A model generated the notes under the pieces. That model searched no databases. It worked only from the letters and a program-made list of their open reading frames with translations, and was not told the DNA's origin. 64,000 bases of DNA, from positions 62,001-126,000 of IMG/VR virus record IMGVR_UViG_3300046543_000266; one strand, 5' to 3'. This document shows positions 1 to 8,884 of this stretch, piece by piece. The first letter of the stretch is position 1. Each line of letters begins with the position of its first letter. A program made the position numbers and the translations under genes.

Positions 1-1
1 T

Positions 2-511
2 GAGATCGCGGATGCTACCGAGCAGGGGCTGTTCAAGCAGCCTCTGCAAGACACCGACTACTGGAAGTCTATGGCTGCCGGTGGTCTGGTGCTGGCGCGT
101 GATACCAAACGGTTGCTCCTCAACAAGCGAAGTTCCAAGGTATCTGATCCGGGCCTGTGGGGTGTGTTCGGTGGGACTGTCGATTGTGGTGAAACTCCCA
201 AGAAGACGGTGCTACGGGAATTGAACGAAGAAGCCGGTCTGCCTGGAGGCAAGCCTTTCGGTGGCGGCAATACCAACGGAGCGCATCGAGTTTTCCCGAT
301 GCTCACGTACCGTAACATGGATGCAGGATTCGTCTACTACAACTTCTTGGTCGTGGTCGAGAAGGAGTTCAAGCCGGTCCTGAACTGGGAATCCGAAGCT
401 GCCGAGTGGTTCACCTACGGCAATTGGCCCAGTCCGCTGCATCCGGGCGTGACCGCGCTGTTCAACGACAAGGTATCCGTAGATACCATTCGTCATCATC
501 TTCGCAGATAG
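2..511 (+). CDS. Nudix hydrolase (5'-partial, frame open from window start)
   Basis: Nudix box GGTVDCGETPKKTVLRELNEEAGL; frame is open from position 2 (EIADATEQGLF...), so the start may lie upstream of the window. Confidence 0.9.
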   Translation, partial: EIADATEQGLFKQPLQDTDYWKSMAAGGLVLARDTKRLLLNKRSSKVSDPGLWGVFGGTVDCGETPKKTVLRELNEEAGLPGGKPFGGGNTNGAHRVFPMLTYRNMDAGFVYYNFLVVVEKEFKPVLNWESEAAEWFTYGNWPSPLHPGVTALFNDKVSVDTIRHHLRR

Positions 512-518
512 GCATAGA

Positions 519-1787
519 ATGACAATCGCACTCAATGCGGCCGCACGTTTAACCGCGGCGATGGCCGACGAGAAGCAATCGTTGGTGTTCCTGCAGTCGC
601 TCGGGTTCAATGGCCTTCGCTACAAGAACGCGGAAGAGGATCGCATCCGCTTCCACTACACGACGTATAACGAGCAGTTCCTCATCAAGCACTTTGGCAA
701 GCCCGAAAGCATCAAGATCGGCAAAGTGTGGAAGTTCGGTACGGAAGGCGCTATCCTCGTGCGCACCACTATGAGTCTGGTGGTGCTCCGCAATGCCAAA
801 GGCAACGCCAAGCGTCGGGCACCTGCTCCAGTCGCACCCGTTGCACCTATCGAGACGCATGTTCCGGCACCGGCACCGGCTCCCGCGCCAGAGCCGAAGC
901 TTCCTCCGGCACAGGATCCGAATGTTCCAGGGGCTAAGGACAACGACGACGCGAATGTCCCGGTCACGCATTTGCCTGACAATCTGGTCAAGTTCTACAG
1001 CCGAGCCAAGGCACTGAAGGACGACCGGATATACCGTAAGCGCTTCATGGCTCTGCTGTGGCATTACCTGAACACCAACAAGTTCGGCGGTCAGTTGAAG
1101 GAACCACGCTTCAACTTGCTCAAGGATCAAGATGCGTATCGGATGCGACTGCGTGGTCGTTGGTGGCCGGGTAAGCGCGTGCTGGATATCGCGCCTCGTC
1201 TGTACAACGCACAGCAGAACTTCTTCGTCGAGATCTTCCTCCACGAGATGTGCCATCAGGCAGTGTCCGAAATCGACCACGCGGACTTCGACCCATCCGA
1301 GCGTTACCATAAGGGACACGGTCCGTACTGGCAAGACTGGATGCGCAAGGTCGGCTTGAACCCATTGCGGTTCGATCCGAATGACAACTCGACCTACATG
1401 ACCGAGGACGAGAAAGAAGAACATAAAGAACGCGTTGAACAGCGTAAAGAAGCATCGGAAGAACTGCGTGATCGGGGCATCACCCGTCTGATGTATTACG
1501 AGGGTATCACACCGGCAACCGCAGTGTGGCAGGGGAAGATCTTGGTTGGTCTGGCAGTATGCCCGACCGCCAAGAACGGTAAGGCTATCGCATTCCTCGA
1601 CATCAACGAGTTGCCCGGCAATTCGTTCAAGCTCGTAGCAGGAACCGCACTGTACAAGTTTTCGGGTACAGAAGAGCAGAAGGCCACGTTGTTGAGTGCC
1701 CCGTATCTGAGTAAGGCGAAGCGCATTGCTGATTACTACGGCGATAAGGCTCTTCTTCGTCAGCTCAAGCGGACGCGTCGTATCTAA
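519..1787 (+). CDS. SprT-like zinc metalloprotease with N-terminal NAAARL tag and Ala/Pro linker
   Basis: LHEMCHQ (HExxH) followed by HKGHGPYWQDWMRKVG (SprT HG..W...M motif); APAPAPAPEP linker. Confidence 0.8.
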   Translation: MTIALNAAARLTAAMADEKQSLVFLQSLGFNGLRYKNAEEDRIRFHYTTYNEQFLIKHFGKPESIKIGKVWKFGTEGAILVRTTMSLVVLRNAKGNAKRRAPAPVAPVAPIETHVPAPAPAPAPEPKLPPAQDPNVPGAKDNDDANVPVTHLPDNLVKFYSRAKALKDDRIYRKRFMALLWHYLNTNKFGGQLKEPRFNLLKDQDAYRMRLRGRWWPGKRVLDIAPRLYNAQQNFFVEIFLHEMCHQAVSEIDHADFDPSERYHKGHGPYWQDWMRKVGLNPLRFDPNDNSTYMTEDEKEEHKERVEQRKEASEELRDRGITRLMYYEGITPATAVWQGKILVGLAVCPTAKNGKAIAFLDINELPGNSFKLVAGTALYKFSGTEEQKATLLSAPYLSKAKRIADYYGDKALLRQLKRTRRI

Positions 1788-1849
1788 TCAAAACACAATC
1801 ACCCACCTTCCCACACTCGTACCCCCCATAATCCATTGGAGTGCAGTGT

Positions 1850-3496
1850 ATGATATCTATCAGTAGCCCGGTTGCAGGCAGTGTCGTAAGCGGTACGGTG
1901 AACATCACCGGATCGTCCAGTCAATCAGTAAGCGCTCAGGTCGGAGCATCGGCACCCGGTACGCCGGTGGTCCTGCCTAGCGCAAGCTTCTCTGTGTCAG
2001 TCGATGTGTCCGCGAATGTTGGCCCTGTCGATCTGACGGTCACCAACAGTGCAGGCGAGTCGGCCGTCGTATCCGTAATCGCCAACATGTCCGCAGACGG
2101 CACAACGACGCCTCCGGCCGCCAAGATTGTCGACGCGTCGGGCAACCTCTGGACGGTCGATCAAGGTCACGCAGCCAAGAATGGTGCTTGGGTGTCCACG
2201 GGTTCGCCTACCGCATTCACCGAGTTGGTGTATTGGGGTGGTGTGATCTACGGTCACAACGCGACCGGTTGGGTGAAGAACACGGCTGCTCCGTGGGTTG
2301 CCACCACGGATCCGCGTCCGGCAGCACCGACCATCACGATGAGCCGACCGCTGAACAACGCGGTCTCCGGTTCGCTGTGTACGGTTTCGGGTACGACCAA
2401 CCAGACGTCGGTCACGATCAAGGACGGTTCCACAGTGTTGGCAACGGTGGTCCCGGCAGCAGACGGTACGTTCAGCAAGCAAGTACGCCTCAGCGGTGCT
2501 GGCGCACGGAACGTCAACGTAGCGGCGTCGTCAGCCACGGCATCCGCGACTGTCAACGTTGGAAGCGCATTGCCCGCGAAGATCTTCTACGGCATGAACG
2601 GTCACATGTGTTACGCCGATGGTAGCTGGTCCACCTACTCGAAGGCGTCGCAGCTCGCTTTCCTGAAGGACCTCGGCTGCACCATGTATCGTGCTGACGT
2701 AGCATCTGGCTTCATGGCCGACGTCATCAAGACGCAGTTGTCGGCTGGTGGTTCCTTCTACAACCAAGGTATCGGATTCATCCCGGTACTGAACGCTGTG
2801 TCCGCAGGTTGGACGACCGGTATGACGGAAACGGCTGCCTACAACCTTGGGAAGAGTCTGGGTGTGGCGGTAGCTACTTCGCTCAATGGTCTGGTCGATT
2901 ACATCGAGTGCGGTAACGAGCTCGACGTGCCGATCAAGATTGGTGGTAACGGAAGTCAGCCGTCGGACTGGAGCCAGACGACGTGGCCCTCGTATCGCGG
3001 CGTACTGCGTGGGATGTACGACGGCGTGAAGAGCATCAACACCGACATTCAGGTGGGCGTCAACATCGGTATCCCGATGGCGTATGGTGCGCTCATCATG
3101 CTGTGGAATGGTACGGAACCCAACGGCACGACGGGTAAACCGAAGCTGCGTTGGGACTTCACTGCCTATCACTGGTACGAGTCGAGTGGTGACATCGAGC
3201 ACGCTGGTGGACCGGCCAACGTCAACATTCCGCAACTGCTGAAAGATCAGTTCGGCGTTCCCACTATCTTCACTGAGTGGGGCTGGCAGTCCAACACAGG
3301 TAACGCACCGGCATACGTCACCAATGCGATGACGCAGTATCGCAACAGCGCCAACTTCAAGGACAAGTACGGCATCCTGTGTATCATGCAATACTGCATG
3401 ATCGACCCGACTTACGGGTTGGTTCAGGCAGACGGAGTCACCAAGAATCCGGCTTACACCACGGCGAAGAACTTCATCGCGGCTAATCCGGCGTAA
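1850..3496 (+). CDS. Ig-like domain + clan GH-A glycoside hydrolase (probable virion surface protein)
   Basis: Two Big-like beta-sandwich segments (ISISSPVAGSVVSGTVNITG; ITMSRPLNNAVSGSLCTVSGT); catalytic-type motifs ECGNELD and IFTEWG; GGAG RBS 8 nt before ATG 1850. Confidence 0.7.
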   Translation: MISISSPVAGSVVSGTVNITGSSSQSVSAQVGASAPGTPVVLPSASFSVSVDVSANVGPVDLTVTNSAGESAVVSVIANMSADGTTTPPAAKIVDASGNLWTVDQGHAAKNGAWVSTGSPTAFTELVYWGGVIYGHNATGWVKNTAAPWVATTDPRPAAPTITMSRPLNNAVSGSLCTVSGTTNQTSVTIKDGSTVLATVVPAADGTFSKQVRLSGAGARNVNVAASSATASATVNVGSALPAKIFYGMNGHMCYADGSWSTYSKASQLAFLKDLGCTMYRADVASGFMADVIKTQLSAGGSFYNQGIGFIPVLNAVSAGWTTGMTETAAYNLGKSLGVAVATSLNGLVDYIECGNELDVPIKIGGNGSQPSDWSQTTWPSYRGVLRGMYDGVKSINTDIQVGVNIGIPMAYGALIMLWNGTEPNGTTGKPKLRWDFTAYHWYESSGDIEHAGGPANVNIPQLLKDQFGVPTIFTEWGWQSNTGNAPAYVTNAMTQYRNSANFKDKYGILCIMQYCMIDPTYGLVQADGVTKNPAYTTAKNFIAANPA

Positions 3497-3501
3497 TTTT
3501 A
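3495..3501 (+). promoter_or_regulatory. AATTTTA late-type promoter motif
   Basis: Same heptamer as upstream of virion genes; followed directly by a hairpin, target transcript unclear. Confidence 0.35.
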
Positions 3502-3509
3502 CGGTCATC

Positions 3510-3537
3510 GGTGGTGAGGCTAACACGGCTCACCACC
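3510..3537 (+). terminator. Stem-loop after glycoside hydrolase gene
   Basis: GGTGGTGAG / CTCACCACC 9-bp stem; weak U-tract. Confidence 0.5.
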
Positions 3538-3577
3538 TTCGCCGCATCTACCCTCGACAAGATCATCACCGGCCAGT

Positions 3578-3585
3578 GTAAATAG
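3578..3585 (+). promoter_or_regulatory. GTAAATAG promoter motif (DNA-metabolism class)
   Basis: Recurrent motif, about 25 nt upstream of dCMP deaminase ATG. Confidence 0.6.
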
Positions 3586-3610
3586 CAGGTATCTAACAAA
3601 GGTATCTGCT

Positions 3611-4060
3611 ATGGCACACAAATACGAAGACGACCTCATGTACCTCGACATCGCCAACCGGGTTGCCGAGCGTAGTCACGATCTGACCCACAAGGTCGGC
3701 TGCGTGATAGTGAAAGACGAAAACATTCTTGCGTATGGTTGGAATGGAATGCCCGAAGGTATGGACAACTGCATGGAGTATCCGCAGATGATGCGGCACG
3801 AGTGTGGAAGTCTGTATCTGAAGATGCGCACGCGTCCCGAAGCAGCGCACGCCGAGCTCAACGCATTGAGCAAGATTGCGCGGTCCACCAGTTCTGCGTT
3901 GAACGCCAGTCTGTACGTGACGCTGAGCCCGTGCTTGAAGTGCGCCCTACAAATCCACAAGTCAGGTATCTCAGAAGTAGTCTACGATGAACTGTACAAG
4001 GATGTCGCGGGTGTGACATTCCTTGCAGAACGTGGCCTCACTGTACGAAGGTTTGAATAA
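3611..4060 (+). CDS. dCMP deaminase
   Basis: HAELNA and LSPCLKCA zinc motifs; N-terminal RS.D...KVGCVIV and GWNG of the deoxycytidylate deaminase family. Confidence 0.92.
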   Translation: MAHKYEDDLMYLDIANRVAERSHDLTHKVGCVIVKDENILAYGWNGMPEGMDNCMEYPQMMRHECGSLYLKMRTRPEAAHAELNALSKIARSTSSALNASLYVTLSPCLKCALQIHKSGISEVVYDELYKDVAGVTFLAERGLTVRRFE

Positions 4061-4064
4061 CGAT

Positions 4065-4388
4065 ATGATGCAAGACGAGACACATAACCGGTCCCGGGAT
4101 TCCGTCCATGCAAACGCGTGGTATCACATGCGGGAGATTGTCGGGAAGCTACACCTTCCTGCAACATGGTCGCGCCAGTTCCAGCCGACATCGCTGGTAA
4201 CTCACAACCACAAACGCACCGTCTACGTGAAGGTCACGATCGGTGGCGAAGTGTATGTTGACCGGAAGCAGCGTGACTTTACCTTCCTGTCCGAGAAGCA
4301 TGTCTTCCCTCATGTGGAAGATGCTTGTCGGAAAGCCAAGGAAATCTTGCTGTTTGAAACGGGACAGGCCGTGCGAGTCTACGAGTAG
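4065..4388 (+). CDS. hypothetical protein
   Basis: ORF directly after dCMP deaminase and ending before a terminator; start uncertain. Confidence 0.6.
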   Translation: MMQDETHNRSRDSVHANAWYHMREIVGKLHLPATWSRQFQPTSLVTHNHKRTVYVKVTIGGEVYVDRKQRDFTFLSEKHVFPHVEDACRKAKEILLFETGQAVRVYE

Positions 4389-4404
4389 TTCATCATATCC
4401 AACG

Positions 4405-4437
4405 AGGGCGCATTCCTTAACTGGTCTGCGCCCTTTT
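4405..4437 (+). terminator. Intrinsic terminator
   Basis: AGGGCGCA / TGCGCCCT stem followed by TTT. Confidence 0.7.
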
Positions 4438-4450
4438 GCGTTTCTGGGGC

Positions 4451-4457
4451 AATTTTA
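4451..4457 (+). promoter_or_regulatory. AATTTTA late-type promoter motif
   Basis: Intergenic, upstream of ATG 4490. Confidence 0.6.
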
Positions 4458-4489
4458 CGCCATGAATATTCAACCAGATCGAGGACCAT

Positions 4490-5749
4490 ATGCCGGTGCG
4501 CGAGCGTAGTAACAACCGTCTGCTACCTGCCAATGCGCGGGCGGCTGACGTCGCCGAGAAGGCAGTCAACGAGATCATCCCGATCCAGCAGCGGCGATAC
4601 TACGATGCGTTCCGTGTCCAAGGTATCGCGGCAGTTCACTACACCAATCTCAAGACTGGTCGCAAGTGCAACTGTCAGAGCAGCCAGAAGCAGATCAATG
4701 GTCTGCTGAACGAACAAGGGAAGGCCTCCGAAGGTCACATCAACGAGTTGCTGACGGCACCGAGTGGTGCAGCCAAGACCAACGGTAGCTTCTCGTTCAA
4801 CATCACGCCGTACAATCAAGATCAAGCAAAGCTCGGAGTGCCGTCCACACAGACTAGTCCGTTCGCACCAGTCAACAAGAACCAAGGTGTGTTCGACATC
4901 GTTACGCCGGACGATGACTTTGGGTTTGCTGACAACGTGGTGAGCGAGGGCTTTGGTGACAACGGTCCGGTGTCGGATCTCGATCTCGACGCAATGGTCG
5001 GTGACTTCGACGCCAGTGCCTTCGGTTACTCTGACGTGAGTTGCCCCGTCTGCTTCGGCAGCGGTTTTGTCGGCGGATACACTCCGTACCATGCGCATCG
5101 TCAAGTACTGACGGTTGCCGACATGCAGATGGATGCACACGGCGAGATCGACATGTTGAAGCGTCCGTGGGTTGCACACACCATCGGCTTCTCGGTGATC
5201 GTGATCCTTCCGCGCGGTGCTATCGGCGTCGATGCCTTCCGCCTGTGGAACATGGCTGACGTGGTCAACGTACCGATACTGCTGGATGGACAGGCGCTGA
5301 CGTCCACAACACAGCTACTCAGCAAGTGTGATGGACGCCCGCACGTTGTTAGTGTCAGCGTTCCGGCAGGTTTCTCGTTCACCCATCTCGAGATGCAGTT
5401 CAACCTGACTACCGAGTCCGTGTACTTCGAGTTCCCACGGCGTGGCTCCAGCGCAGATACGGCGTTGCTGGAACAGATGGAACCGTTCCAGATCATCGTT
5501 AGTCCCAACCTCCCGGCTATTGACTCGGAAGACGTTATCGTCGAGTCGCAGCTAGGTAAGGTTCTTCTGGTGCAGAACAGTAACCCATGGAACAGTCGCA
5601 ACCGCGCGGTTCTTGGGTGGGAAGTTCAAGTGCGGGTTATCCAACCGCAAGAGCTGTATCGCATACTCCCACGTCGTGGTCGTGTCATGACCAAGGACGC
5701 AACCACGCAGATGATTCGCGACAACGTAACAGGCCCACGTCGGACGTAA
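4490..5749 (+). CDS. putative head-closure/neck protein with Cys motifs
   Basis: CNC ... CPVCFGSGFVGGY pattern recalled from myovirus head-closure proteins; structural-gene context. Confidence 0.45.
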   Translation: MPVRERSNNRLLPANARAADVAEKAVNEIIPIQQRRYYDAFRVQGIAAVHYTNLKTGRKCNCQSSQKQINGLLNEQGKASEGHINELLTAPSGAAKTNGSFSFNITPYNQDQAKLGVPSTQTSPFAPVNKNQGVFDIVTPDDDFGFADNVVSEGFGDNGPVSDLDLDAMVGDFDASAFGYSDVSCPVCFGSGFVGGYTPYHAHRQVLTVADMQMDAHGEIDMLKRPWVAHTIGFSVIVILPRGAIGVDAFRLWNMADVVNVPILLDGQALTSTTQLLSKCDGRPHVVSVSVPAGFSFTHLEMQFNLTTESVYFEFPRRGSSADTALLEQMEPFQIIVSPNLPAIDSEDVIVESQLGKVLLVQNSNPWNSRNRAVLGWEVQVRVIQPQELYRILPRRGRVMTKDATTQMIRDNVTGPRRT

Positions 5750-5753
5750 CGAC

Positions 5754-5760
5754 AATTTGA
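5754..5760 (+). promoter_or_regulatory. AATTTGA late-type promoter motif
   Basis: Intergenic, upstream of ATG 5796. Confidence 0.6.
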
Positions 5761-5795
5761 CTGGGTGCTTACCGACTTACACTTAGGAACTAAAC

Positions 5796-7145
5796 ATGGC
5801 CACGAACGCCGCTCAACGCCTCACCGCAACTGCTGCCCAACGCAAGAACCCCTCCAATACCAAGACAAAGGCTCGCGCTAACATGAACACGGAAGCAACC
5901 CGCGTGTGCGCCGTTGAACTGCCGAAGTTCCGGTACATCGACGACGTCACCCGTTTCCTCGACACGATGCGTGACGAGATCGACGAGTTGGGTCAGCTCG
6001 TGAAGGTTCAGCAACAGGCTCTGGCCTATCTGCAACGTCCGCGCGCTTTCGTGAAGGCTGCGATGGAAGTATCGGCTGCTGGCTTTTCCTTCAACATCAA
6101 CACTCCGGCCGGTGGTTCCAAGACTCACCTGAAGCGCAAGATCGACCCGGAACTTCCGAAGTTTGTGATTCCGAACATCACGAAGCTGCGCGAGCAGTAC
6201 GCGCTGTCCGAAGATCTGTATGAGAAGCATCGCATGTTGCAAGCTGTCGAGACGCAGGTTGCCATGCAGTTTCCGGAACGCAGCGGCAAGGAATACAACA
6301 ACGCAATCGGCGCGATCAAGGAACTGAAGGACAAGGTCGGTGCGCAGCTGAAGGAAGTTCTGGGCTTCCTGAACTCGGTGGCGTCGGAACACGTACCGAA
6401 GACCTTCATGAAGTACCGTGAAGCGATCATGCAGGAAATCTCCGAGCACGTGATGTTCGAGCAGTCGGAGCAGTTCATGTACGTGAATACCAGCCCGGCG
6501 AAGGAACTGGTGTTCACCAACTACATCATGCTGCAGAATGCGACCAACGACGAAGGCAAGACCACGCCGCATCTGTACATCAGCATCCAGTGGACGGTCG
6601 GCGCTGGCGTCAAGGTGCAAGTCAACCACGAGTTCGAGTTGCCCGCGCAGCTGATGAAGGAAGGCGGCACCGAAGTGGAAAGCGCTGGCGAAGCAGTGAA
6701 GGCTATCAGCCATCTGCTGGACCTCGAAGACTTCAGCACGTCGCTGGGTGTTATCCCGCTGGCAACCCAACTGCGCATGGAACCGTCGCAAATCACGCCG
6801 ACGATGTTCACGTACAAGGACTTCATCAGCCGCATCGACTTCGACACGAACAGCCTGACGTTCATCCTGCGCAAGGGCACCACCCAAGAGCAAGTCGACG
6901 AGATCAAGTATCCGCTGTACGAAGAAGTCAAGGCGCTGTTCCAGAAGGATCTGAACAAGAGCCGCAAGGCCAAGCTCAAGGCGAAGATCAGCCGCCAGAA
7001 GATCAGCTTCGAGCTCATCAACGTGGCCGAGCGTGGCGAAGTCAACAACCACGATGCTGAGTTCCTCGCCGACCGCTTCGGTCTGAACGACAGCCAACTG
7101 CGCAAGGTTGTGAACTTGCTCAACGAAGGCAACAGGGACCAGTGA
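5796..7145 (+). CDS. putative internal head protein (NAAQRL tag)
   Basis: 449-aa ORF with strong codon bias, AGGA RBS, N-terminal TNAAQRLTA. Confidence 0.6.
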   Translation: MATNAAQRLTATAAQRKNPSNTKTKARANMNTEATRVCAVELPKFRYIDDVTRFLDTMRDEIDELGQLVKVQQQALAYLQRPRAFVKAAMEVSAAGFSFNINTPAGGSKTHLKRKIDPELPKFVIPNITKLREQYALSEDLYEKHRMLQAVETQVAMQFPERSGKEYNNAIGAIKELKDKVGAQLKEVLGFLNSVASEHVPKTFMKYREAIMQEISEHVMFEQSEQFMYVNTSPAKELVFTNYIMLQNATNDEGKTTPHLYISIQWTVGAGVKVQVNHEFELPAQLMKEGGTEVESAGEAVKAISHLLDLEDFSTSLGVIPLATQLRMEPSQITPTMFTYKDFISRIDFDTNSLTFILRKGTTQEQVDEIKYPLYEEVKALFQKDLNKSRKAKLKAKISRQKISFELINVAERGEVNNHDAEFLADRFGLNDSQLRKVVNLLNEGNRDQ

Positions 7146-7321
7146 TGAAACCGTTGCCGCGTGTGAGTCCCGCAGTTGAAGAGGTTCCCACTGGCGACGT
7201 AGGCACTCGGATTGGTATCGATCCGGTGCCTCCCACCATTCCGGTACAAGGGCAACGACAAGTCAAGTCACGCAGCGCCGTCAAGTTGAACGCTGCCCGG
7301 CGACTGGCAAAGGATAAATGA
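7145..7321 (+). CDS. 58-aa protein with C-terminal LNAARRL tag (missing from ORF track)
   Basis: Translated by hand: MKPLPRVSPAVEEVPTGDVGTRIGIDPVPPTIPVQGQRQVKSRSAVKLNAARRLAKDK; TGATG overlap with both neighbours. Confidence 0.7.
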   Translation: MKPLPRVSPAVEEVPTGDVGTRIGIDPVPPTIPVQGQRQVKSRSAVKLNAARRLAKDK

Positions 7322-8850
7322 TGGCCGCCCCATTCGTCTATTTCAAGGACACTGTGCAGGACACGGTGGTTCTGGCCGACATCACGTCGCTGCTGAACGC
7401 TGGCGAGACTATCTCGACTATCGTTGCCGGAACTCTGAGTCCTCAGTCCACACCCGCTCTGACGGCTATGATCACCAGTGGGATAAGCCCGCAGGTCTTG
7501 ATCGCGCTGTCCGGCGGCGTCAACAACACGAGCTACGGCTTCAAGCTGACGGTCACCACCAACGCCCGAGTGTTCCTCGTGTCGTGTGTGGTCACTGCTG
7601 CCGACAAGGAGTTCGTGCCGTACACCACGCAGAACCCAGACGCGTATCAGGATCTGGTGGACGAGGTAGAAGCAGGTAAGGCCGCAATCGGTACTGCAAT
7701 CTTCAGCTTCCCGCCGACCATCGATCCGCGGGGCGGGTTCGTTACGTGGGAGCTTCTGGCTTCCGACGGAACAGTGTACGCCGCAGGTAACGCCTACGAG
7801 TACAACGTCCAGTCTAACGGTCTGAGCAACACCGTGATCGGCAAAGCTGTTATCAGCATTCCGTCGACCGTTCCGCCGTCGCTGGATGGTCAGCGGTATC
7901 AGCTGCGATACACGTTGGAACTGCCGCAGTCGATTGGTGTGTCACCTGACCCGACAACCGGGTTGCAAGGACAGAACACCTTCTTCCAGTTCGAAGGCAT
8001 CCGCGTCGTTGGCCTGAACACGGTTCCGCTGGGAACGCAGCCTTCCGTCGAGCTCAAGGGTGTACCGGCTACGGTATCGATCGTTGTGGATCGTCCGTAC
8101 GACAACGTGACGGTCGAACTGTGGAGCGGTGGCACGCAGCTCAGTCCGCCGTCGCAGATCACCGACTTCGAGCGTACTGCGGACGGCTGGTATTACGCAG
8201 GTGTTATCGACACATCGCAGATGGAAGTCTCACTGGTCCCATACCAGATGGTGTGGAAGTATTGGGCGAGCACCAACGCAGCGATGGTGTATCAGGAGTC
8301 GGCTGATTTCTGGGTTATCAACCCGTCGATCATGAGCGCTATCTCGGATGTGAAAGCCAAAGTATCGAAGGCTCGCACCACGCTGTACGGTGCTCCAGAC
8401 CTGATCTACTCGACGCCGACGATCCTCACATGGCTGCGTCGGGGTGCCGACCAGTTCAATGGTGCCTACGGTCAGTTCACGAGCTTCACATTCACGAATG
8501 CACTCGGCGTCATCCGTGAATACTGGTTGATGTGCGCTGAGTTGTCGGCGCTGGAATCGCAGTATCTGGCGGAAGGCGAGAAAGCATTCAACTTCCAAGG
8601 CGCTGCTATCACGCTGGATGTGGACCGCACTCAGTACCTCGACAACGCGGCTTCGAAGATCCAATCCAAGTTGGACAACGAGCTCAAGTCGATCAAGGTC
8701 AATCTGATCATCAAGGGCAACACTGGCGGTGACGGTTCTGCGGATCCGAGTCGTCTGCGCGCTGGCGCTATCGGTGCAGTTGGTATCACCATCACACCCG
8801 CCTCGATGTGGGGTCGTTATGGTCCGGGTTACTTGCGAGGTCTTAGCTAA
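7321..8850 (+). CDS. putative head-tail adaptor/neck protein
   Basis: 510-aa beta-rich virion-like ORF; C-terminal region (ILTWLRRGADQFN...LDVDRTQY) recalls jumbo-phage neck proteins. Confidence 0.45.
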   Translation: MAAPFVYFKDTVQDTVVLADITSLLNAGETISTIVAGTLSPQSTPALTAMITSGISPQVLIALSGGVNNTSYGFKLTVTTNARVFLVSCVVTAADKEFVPYTTQNPDAYQDLVDEVEAGKAAIGTAIFSFPPTIDPRGGFVTWELLASDGTVYAAGNAYEYNVQSNGLSNTVIGKAVISIPSTVPPSLDGQRYQLRYTLELPQSIGVSPDPTTGLQGQNTFFQFEGIRVVGLNTVPLGTQPSVELKGVPATVSIVVDRPYDNVTVELWSGGTQLSPPSQITDFERTADGWYYAGVIDTSQMEVSLVPYQMVWKYWASTNAAMVYQESADFWVINPSIMSAISDVKAKVSKARTTLYGAPDLIYSTPTILTWLRRGADQFNGAYGQFTSFTFTNALGVIREYWLMCAELSALESQYLAEGEKAFNFQGAAITLDVDRTQYLDNAASKIQSKLDNELKSIKVNLIIKGNTGGDGSADPSRLRAGAIGAVGITITPASMWGRYGPGYLRGLS

Positions 8851-8884
8851 CAAAACAAAGATGACCAATCTAGCGGGGAGTATC

